Source: Bacteroidetes bacterium GWE2_42_24 | GTDB lineage: Bacteria; Bacteroidota; Bacteroidia; Bacteroidales; TTA-H9 | Reading direction: 5' to 3' | Assembly: GCA_001768515.1 (NCBI GenBank) | Contig: MEOA01000010.1 | Span: 140,490-204,489 of the forward strand | DNA length: 64,000 nucleotides | Shown: piece by piece, positions 58,160-64,000 of the stretch | Layout: the number at the start of each line of letters is the position of its first letter | How positions within the stretch are numbered: the stretch's first letter is position 1 | Position numbers and translations under genes: made by a program | Notes under the pieces: model-generated | What the model saw: the letters and a program-made list of their open reading frames with translations, nothing else | Database searches by the model: none | Told to the model about the DNA's origin: nothing

Positions 58160-59554
58160 ATGAAAAACAAGTATATTGATCTGATTGAACAAACTTTTGA
58201 GTTTCCAACTGATGAGTACAAGGTTGTAGATGATGATCTCTACTGGAATGAAATCCCCCTGATGGACATCATCAAGCAATACGGAACGCCACTTCGGCTA
58301 ACCTATCTGCCAAGAATCAGCAGCCAGATTCAGAAGGCTAAGATTATGTTTAATGTAGCAATGGCTAAAACCAACTACAATGCCGATTACCATTATTGTT
58401 ATTGTACGAAGAGTTCTCATTTCTCATTTGTTCTTGAAGAGGTACTTAAGAACGACACTCACATAGAAACATCATCGGCGTTCGATATTAATCTGCTGGA
58501 AGCACTAGTGGAAACCGGAGCTTTGAAAAACGACCGCTACATTGTATGCAACGGCTTTAAAAGGCCAAGCTATATTGAAAACATCGTTTCGCTGGTAGCA
58601 TCGGGATTTAACAACGTGATACCGGTGCTTGACAATAAGTATGAGCTCGATAAGTATATCGAAGCCGGCCTTGACCGCCCGCTCAACCTGGGAATCAGAA
58701 TCGCCTCAGAAGAAGAGCCTAAGTTTGAGTTTTACACCTCACGACTAGGTATCCGTTACAATGATATCATCCCTTATTATCTGGAAAAGATCAAGGACAA
58801 CAATCTTTTCTCGATGAAAATGCTTCACTTCTTCATCAATACCGGCATTAAAGACACGGCTTACTACTGGAACGAACTTTCGAAAGCTGTCAACCTGTAT
58901 TGCGAACTGAAAAAAATCTGCCCGGAACTCGATAGCCTGAATATCGGAGGAGGATTCCCCGTTAAAAATTCTCTCGAATTCAATTACGACTATGAATATA
59001 TGGCCGAAGAGATCGTTGCACAGATCAAAGGAATTTGCGTACAGAACGATGTCCCTGAACCCGATATTTTCACTGAATTTGGATCCTTCACGGTTGGAGA
59101 ATCCGGCGCGATGCTCTACTCCATCGTTCACCAGAAACAACAGAACGACCGTGAGCTATGGAATATGATTGACAGCTCCTTCATGACCACGCTGCCTGAC
59201 ACCTGGGCCATCAGCCAGCGTTACGTTTTACTCGCTGTCAATAACTGGGGGAGCAATTATCAACGTGTTCATCTTGGCGGGCTTACCTGCGACAGTCAGG
59301 ATTTCTATAATGCTGAAGCACATTCAAATGCAATCTTTCTTCCGAAAATCGTCGATGGCCGCGAACAATTCATTGGATTGTTTAACATAGGTGCTTATCA
59401 GGAATCTTTAAGCGGATATGGAGGTATTCAGCACTGTATGATCCCCTCCCCAAAGCATGTAATCATCGACCTCGACGAAAGCGGTGAATACTTTACAAAA
59501 TTGTTCGCCAAGGAGCAAAGCTACAAGTCGATGCTTAAAATTCTGGGATACTAA
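58160..59554 (+). CDS. Fold-III PLP-dependent decarboxylase, short arginine-decarboxylase type
   Basis: 464 aa from ATG 58160 (the ORF-track start is a TTG). PLP-Lys context YCYCTKSS, LNIGGGFPV and GGLTCDSQD. Confidence 0.7.
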   Translation: MKNKYIDLIEQTFEFPTDEYKVVDDDLYWNEIPLMDIIKQYGTPLRLTYLPRISSQIQKAKIMFNVAMAKTNYNADYHYCYCTKSSHFSFVLEEVLKNDTHIETSSAFDINLLEALVETGALKNDRYIVCNGFKRPSYIENIVSLVASGFNNVIPVLDNKYELDKYIEAGLDRPLNLGIRIASEEEPKFEFYTSRLGIRYNDIIPYYLEKIKDNNLFSMKMLHFFINTGIKDTAYYWNELSKAVNLYCELKKICPELDSLNIGGGFPVKNSLEFNYDYEYMAEEIVAQIKGICVQNDVPEPDIFTEFGSFTVGESGAMLYSIVHQKQQNDRELWNMIDSSFMTTLPDTWAISQRYVLLAVNNWGSNYQRVHLGGLTCDSQDFYNAEAHSNAIFLPKIVDGREQFIGLFNIGAYQESLSGYGGIQHCMIPSPKHVIIDLDESGEYFTKLFAKEQSYKSMLKILGY

Positions 59555-59555
59555 C

Positions 59556-59563
59556 TACCTTTG
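59556..59563 (+). promoter_or_regulatory. -7 box TAccTTTG just after the decarboxylase stop, upstream of the DHS-like gene
   Basis: Exact match 63 nt upstream of ATG 59626. Confidence 0.4.
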
Positions 59564-59625
59564 CACGATTAAATCGCCCTCACAAGAGATTATACTTCGA
59601 ACTCAACAATTTTAAAAATATAATC

Positions 59626-60645
59626 ATGAACAAGACTGATTTACTGAAAGAAACGATTAAACACATCGACATCAAATCATTCGATGCCTCTGCACTGCTT
59701 GATTCAATGCGGGACATGTCGTTCTCATCGCGCGATACTGCTACAGCAGCCGATATTTTTAACCTGATGCTTGGCGATCAGACCTGCAGTCCCTGGCTTA
59801 CAATTGCAGGAAGTACTTCGGCCGGAGGATGTATGCAGGTGTACATCGACATGGTTCGTAATAATATGATTGATGCCGTTGTGGCTACCGGTGCATCGAT
59901 TGTCGATATGGACTTCTTTGAGGCATTGGGTTTCAAACACTATCGTGGCGCAGCTACCCATGATGATAAAACCCTTCGCAGCTTGTATATTGACAGAATA
60001 TACGACACCTTCATCGATGAAGAAGAACTTCAGAATTGCGACGCTACAGTTAAGGAAATTGCCGATTCGCTTGAAGCACGTCCATACAGCTCGCGTGAAT
60101 TCATCTATGAAATGGGCCGTTACCTAAGCAAGCACGGCAAGAAAGAAGATTCACTCATTCTGGCCTGCTATGAAAAGAATGTACCGATCTTCTGCCCTGC
60201 TTTCAGCGACAGCAGTGCCGGTTTCGGTCTTGTAAAGCATCAGGTGGAAAACCCCGTTAAACATGTATCTATTGACTCCGTAAAAGATTTCCATGAACTT
60301 ACCCAGGTGAAAATTGCTGCCGGAACAACAGGGTTATTCATGGTAGGCGGTGGCGTTCCAAAGAACTTCGCACAGGATACCGTGGTTTGTGCCGAAATCC
60401 TTGGTTATGATGTCCCGCTACATAAATATGCCATACAGATTACTGTTGCCGATGTCCGCGATGGAGCCTGCTCAAGCTCTACCCTTAAAGAAGCTGCTTC
60501 TTGGGGCAAAGTCGACACCATTTACGAACAGATGGTTTATGCCGAAGCTACCACCGTTGTTCCTCTGATCATAAACTACGCGTATGTAAAAGGTTTATGG
60601 AAGAAACGTATCCCGCGTGAATGGACAAAGCTCTTCAACAAGTAA
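59626..60645 (+). CDS. Deoxyhypusine synthase (DHS)-family protein
   Basis: 339 aa. MVGGGVPKNF and EAASWGKVD align by eye with the human DHS segments LGGGVVKHH and EAVSWGKI (catalytic Lys329). Confidence 0.75.
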   Translation: MNKTDLLKETIKHIDIKSFDASALLDSMRDMSFSSRDTATAADIFNLMLGDQTCSPWLTIAGSTSAGGCMQVYIDMVRNNMIDAVVATGASIVDMDFFEALGFKHYRGAATHDDKTLRSLYIDRIYDTFIDEEELQNCDATVKEIADSLEARPYSSREFIYEMGRYLSKHGKKEDSLILACYEKNVPIFCPAFSDSSAGFGLVKHQVENPVKHVSIDSVKDFHELTQVKIAAGTTGLFMVGGGVPKNFAQDTVVCAEILGYDVPLHKYAIQITVADVRDGACSSSTLKEAASWGKVDTIYEQMVYAEATTVVPLIINYAYVKGLWKKRIPREWTKLFNK

Positions 60646-60664
60646 ACCAGTCAAGAGAAAAAAA

Positions 60665-60686
60665 CCGGAAGGCAAATGCCTTCCGG
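60665..60686. terminator. Bidirectional terminator between the DHS-like and nitroreductase genes
   Basis: ccggaaggc (60665-60673) pairs with gccttccgg (60678-60686), flanked by an A-run and a T-run. Confidence 0.8.
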
Positions 60687-60704
60687 TTTTTTTATTGGCA
60701 GGAA

Positions 60705-61220
60705 CTACTCCCAATGGTTATAATGAACCCGGCTTTCATCATACCTTGATTCTCTTTCCTTTTTCATATCAGTTTCGGCATATCCGAGGCTGATCATAGC
60801 GAAGGGGTGGACCGTTGACGGCAAGAGAAACAGATTCCGCAGGTATTCTTTTCGATCCACGACAGGATGTACACCCAGCCATACGGCACCCAATCCAAGT
60901 CGTGTAATTTCAAGCAACATGTTCTCGGTAGCTGCAGCGCAATCTACAGGCCAATAATCCTTATACCGTTCACGACCGGTATCACCGGTAATAAGAATTA
61001 CCACAGGGGCATTCTTAGCCGGCAGAGAATTGGGACCTGTAAGGCTCATCCTTTTGATCAATTCATGATCGGTAACCACAATAAAATCCCAGGGCCTCTG
61101 ATTTCCGGCGGATGGAGCACTCATGCCAGCTTCCAGGATTGAATGGATGAGATCCGGCTCAACTGGTCTGTTGTTATATTGGCGTATTGATCGCCGCTGA
61201 CGAATAAAATCTGTTGACAT
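60705..61220 (-). CDS. Nitroreductase-family (FMN) protein
   Basis: ATG 61220 gives MSTDFIRQRRSIRQY, the family hallmark. The ORF-track TTG start 61256 overlaps a TAccTTTG box at 61254-61261. Confidence 0.75.
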   Translation of the reverse strand: MSTDFIRQRRSIRQYNNRPVEPDLIHSILEAGMSAPSAGNQRPWDFIVVTDHELIKRMSLTGPNSLPAKNAPVVILITGDTGRERYKDYWPVDCAAATENMLLEITRLGLGAVWLGVHPVVDRKEYLRNLFLLPSTVHPFAMISLGYAETDMKKERESRYDESRVHYNHWE

Positions 61221-61817
61221 TGACAATGATTTTGCAAGAGTAAAAGTTGTTCCCAAAGGTAGAAGATAGTAGACTCGAATGGAAAACTGGCCTCCTGCAT
61301 CAAAAACACACGAATAGAAAAACAGGCTAATGAAGTATTTCGCCGACTATTTGCATATTTTAGCCTCAAAGTCATCACGTCGAAAACTTAAATTGAAGAA
61401 TCATATTACGCTTATTTGATTAAATAAACCCGATCAGCAAACAATTGAGATGAAAGATTATATAAAAATGAAATATCTTGGCATCTTACATAAAACAAAC
61501 TTATGTTTGACACATAAAAAGCATGCAAATAAAAGGTCTCTAGACGATTATAGCGGATCCTTTGCAACTTCCTGTATCAAGTACATCTATGAAGAATCAG
61601 ATGCAAGCAGTTTTCTTGTTATTTTCCAAAAAATTCAACCGATCAACAAGCTGTTGAGCTCGTAGATAATGTTCAAAAAAGCAAATTATTCATCTATAAC
61701 AAGCAAACACATTCTTGTTTAGGATTTAAGATACTCCCCTAAAAGGGGCGAATAGCCAACATTCTTTTCACCCTTAGAAGAGATCGGTAGTAAAAACGCG
61801 TGCACCCCCAAATTTCC

Positions 61818-61825
61818 TATCTTTG
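61818..61825 (+). promoter_or_regulatory. -7 box TAtcTTTG for the ABC ATPase gene
   Basis: Exact match 24 nt upstream of ATG 61849. Confidence 0.45.
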
Positions 61826-61848
61826 TTGCCCAATTTCAATGTGTTCTG

Positions 61849-62490
61849 ATGCAGATAGAATTAAAAGAAGCAGGTAAAAGATTTAACCGTGAGTGGATTT
61901 TCAAGGGGATCAACTACACTTTCACAGTTGAACGTCCAACTGTTATCCTGGGCAGCAACGGTTCAGGAAAATCAACCTTGATGCAGACCATCTCCCTCCG
62001 CTCAATGCTGAGCGAAGGAGAGATTGTGTATCGGGGGAATGACGGAGATTTGATTCCAATAGAACAATGTTATAAAGCCGTAGCACTGGCCGCCCCATAT
62101 CTTGAACTCATTGAAGAATATACGCTGACCGAACTTGTGAAATTCTATCTTGAGCACAAGTTGTTTCAGCAAAAGATCACGATCAGACAAGCTATTGAAA
62201 TCATGCAGCTTGAACGTTCGGCTGATAAAGCTATCCGATACTTCTCATCAGGGATGAAACAACGAACCAAACTCGCATTGGCCATCCTGAGCGAAACACC
62301 AATACTTTTGCTCGACGAACCAACATCAAACCTTGATCATCTTGCGATGCTTTGGTATAGAAAGTTGATTGAAGAATACGCGAAAGATCGCATCATTGTG
62401 GTATGTTCGAACCATCAGACGATTGAATACGATTTTTGCATTGATCAACTGGTAGTTGAAGATTTTAAACCTACAATAAACAGACACTGA
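61849..62490 (+). CDS. ABC transporter ATP-binding protein (single NBD, no permease gene adjacent)
   Basis: Walker A GSNGSGKST, signature-like FSSGMKQR and Walker B LLLDEP. Confidence 0.75.
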   Translation: MQIELKEAGKRFNREWIFKGINYTFTVERPTVILGSNGSGKSTLMQTISLRSMLSEGEIVYRGNDGDLIPIEQCYKAVALAAPYLELIEEYTLTELVKFYLEHKLFQQKITIRQAIEIMQLERSADKAIRYFSSGMKQRTKLALAILSETPILLLDEPTSNLDHLAMLWYRKLIEEYAKDRIIVVCSNHQTIEYDFCIDQLVVEDFKPTINRH

Positions 62491-62515
62491 TACTTGTCAG
62501 TTTGCTCATTATCTC

Positions 62516-62523
62516 TATCTTTG
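62516..62523 (+). promoter_or_regulatory. -7 box TAtcTTTG for efp
   Basis: Exact match 38 nt upstream of ATG 62561. Confidence 0.5.
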
Positions 62524-62560
62524 CACCCTTAATTTTATTGAAAACAGAAAACCCGAGTGT

Positions 62561-63127
62561 ATGGCTACAACCGCAGATTTTAAAAACGGCCTTTGCATCG
62601 ACTTCAACGGTGAACCTTGTTCTATCATAGAGTTTCAACATGTGAAACCAGGAAAAGGTGGCGCCTTCGTTCGCACTAAACTCAGAAACCTGCGTAACGG
62701 AAAGGTTATCCCCAATACCTTCAATGCAGGAGTAAAAATTGACATCATCAGAGTAGAACGTCGAGCCTATCAGTTCCTTTATAACGATGGCGACGATTAT
62801 CATTTCATGAACAATGATACCTTTGAGCAGACTTTCATTCCGAAAGCACTTATCAATACGCCCGAATTTCTGAAAGAGGGACAACCTGTTGAAATTGTGT
62901 TTCTGGCAGCTAATGAAGAACCATTGCTCTGCGAACTTCCTCCTTTTGTTGATCTCGTTATTACATATTGTGAGCCAGGCGAAAAGGGAAATACTGCTAC
63001 AAATGCACTGAAGCCGGCCACTATGGAAACAGGTGCTATCGTCAGGATTCCATTGTTCATAGAATCGGGCGAGAAAATCAGGGTTGATACCCGGACTGGT
63101 GAATATTCAGAAAGAGTTAAGGGCTAA
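62561..63127 (+). CDS. efp: Translation elongation factor P
   Basis: 188 aa. The loop HVKPGKGGAFVRTKLRN has tip Lys32 at 62654-62656. Confidence 0.95.
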   Translation: MATTADFKNGLCIDFNGEPCSIIEFQHVKPGKGGAFVRTKLRNLRNGKVIPNTFNAGVKIDIIRVERRAYQFLYNDGDDYHFMNNDTFEQTFIPKALINTPEFLKEGQPVEIVFLAANEEPLLCELPPFVDLVITYCEPGEKGNTATNALKPATMETGAIVRIPLFIESGEKIRVDTRTGEYSERVKG

Positions 63128-63142
63128 ACAAAGCCCTTTTTT
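63121..63142 (+). terminator. Short hairpin plus T-run overlapping the efp stop
   Basis: gggct (63121-63125) pairs with agccc (63132-63136), followed by tttttt. Confidence 0.45.
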
Positions 63143-63164
63143 AATTTTTTAAATCAGACTTTAA

Positions 63165-64000
63165 GTGAAATTCCCCGAACCACTATCACTGACATTCCTT
63201 GCCGGGCTCATTGGTGCAGAAGCCATTGGCAATCTGAATCACATGACCACAGGCCTCAATGAAATTCATATGGTTGAGCCCGGAGACATAACATTTGTGG
63301 ATCATCCCAAATATTATGACAAAGCTTTACATTCTAAAGCCACCACCATTCTCATCAATATAGATGTGGATCCCCCAGCCGGTAAAGCCGTGCTGGTACA
63401 TCCCGATCCATTTGCAGCCTTTTTGACCATCATCAGAAAATACAGGCCTTTTGTACCGGCTAGTGCCGCAGTCTCAGCAACCGCCATCATTGGTGAAGGC
63501 ACGGTCATTCAGCCTGGCACTTTTATAGGTGAGCACGTAGTGATCGGTCGCAACTGCCTCATACACTCAAATGTAAGCATATACGACCATTGCATTCTGG
63601 GAGATAATGTAGTTATACACGCCAACACGGTGATTGGTGCCGATGCCTATTATTTTCAAAAGAAAAACGGTGAATTCCGCAAATTCGAATCATGTGGCCG
63701 CGTAATTCTTGGCGATAAAGTAGAAATCGGAGCCCTTTGCTCTATAGATCGTGGAGTCACCGGCGATACAACAATCGACACCGACACAAAGCTCGATAAC
63801 CACATTCAGGTTGGCCATGACACCTATATCGGAAAACATTGCCTCATTGGCGCTCATTGTGCAATCGCCGGGGTAACCCGTATTGAGGATGATGTCATTC
63901 TATGGGGTCGTGTATCGGTCAATAAAGACCTCGTTATCGGGAAAGGAGCCATTGTACTTGCCACCTCAGGCGTTGACAAATCAATTGAAGGAGGCAAAAC
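63165..64000 (+). CDS. lpxD: UDP-3-O-acylglucosamine N-acyltransferase, 3'-truncated by the window end
   Basis: Hand translation from GTG 63165 gives VKFPEPLSLTFLAGLIGAEAIGN...GDITFVDHPKYY..., then left-handed beta-helix hexapeptide repeats (IGEGTVIQPGTFIGEHVVIGRNCLIHSNVSI...). Open to position 64000. A stop codon lies immediately upstream in frame. Confidence 0.85.
   Translation, partial: MKFPEPLSLTFLAGLIGAEAIGNLNHMTTGLNEIHMVEPGDITFVDHPKYYDKALHSKATTILINIDVDPPAGKAVLVHPDPFAAFLTIIRKYRPFVPASAAVSATAIIGEGTVIQPGTFIGEHVVIGRNCLIHSNVSIYDHCILGDNVVIHANTVIGADAYYFQKKNGEFRKFESCGRVILGDKVEIGALCSIDRGVTGDTTIDTDTKLDNHIQVGHDTYIGKHCLIGAHCAIAGVTRIEDDVILWGRVSVNKDLVIGKGAIVLATSGVDKSIEGGK

Noticed and set aside
61450-61665. 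71-aa ORF in the AT-rich spacer before the ABC ATPase gene
   Set aside because: It has a Lys/Ile/Tyr-rich composition typical of random AT-rich frames, with no promoter box and no motif.
1-64000. Scan by eye for CRISPR arrays, rRNA, tRNA, tmRNA, RNase P and known defence or toxin-antitoxin modules
   Set aside because: I saw no regularly spaced direct repeats, no GTTCRANYC T-loop in a cloverleaf context, no rRNA-like stretches, and no nuclease, methylase, RT or Cas-like ORFs. A covariance-model scan would be needed to exclude small RNAs fully.

Overview
The window looks like a chromosomal segment of a Bacteroidota genome. Evidence: many genes are preceded by the Bacteroidetes -7 promoter box TAnnTTTG, there are no obvious Shine-Dalgarno sites, three secreted proteins carry T9SS C-terminal sorting tails, and an amidase/MlaD/LptD-like envelope cluster is present. 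About 42 protein genes are mostly core metabolism and envelope functions. They include pyruvate:ferredoxin oxidoreductase, 2-oxoglutarate dehydrogenase E1/E2 next to a small ferredoxin and 2-oxoglutarate:ferredoxin oxidoreductase KorAB, MutS2, L-serine dehydratase, IlvE, ornithine aminotransferase, TsaE, EF-P and LpxD (partial). There is also a hybrid sensor kinase, a GH2 beta-mannosidase and TPR and flavoprotein genes. I saw no rRNA, tRNA, CRISPR array, intact mobile element or recognisable defence system, and I cannot point to a clear novel multi-gene system. Four things stand out. (1) A ~150-200 nt non-coding element occurs twice (3.6 kb and 49.8 kb); each copy carries seven TTCG/CGAA units at exact 11-nt phasing, and each sits in a ~1.3 kb ORF-poor patch. 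(2) A short arginine-decarboxylase-type gene is followed by a deoxyhypusine-synthase homologue that keeps its catalytic-lysine motif, 1.9 kb upstream of efp. (3) A dihydroorotate-dehydrogenase-like gene that lacks the catalytic Cys/Ser motif is divergent from PFOR. (4) A low-density islet holds a lone PAPS-type sulfotransferase, and an orphan APS kinase lies elsewhere in the window. Several ORF-track starts are over-extended; corrected starts are supported by TAnnTTTG boxes or terminators lying inside the extensions. All family calls come from motif recognition by eye, not from searches.
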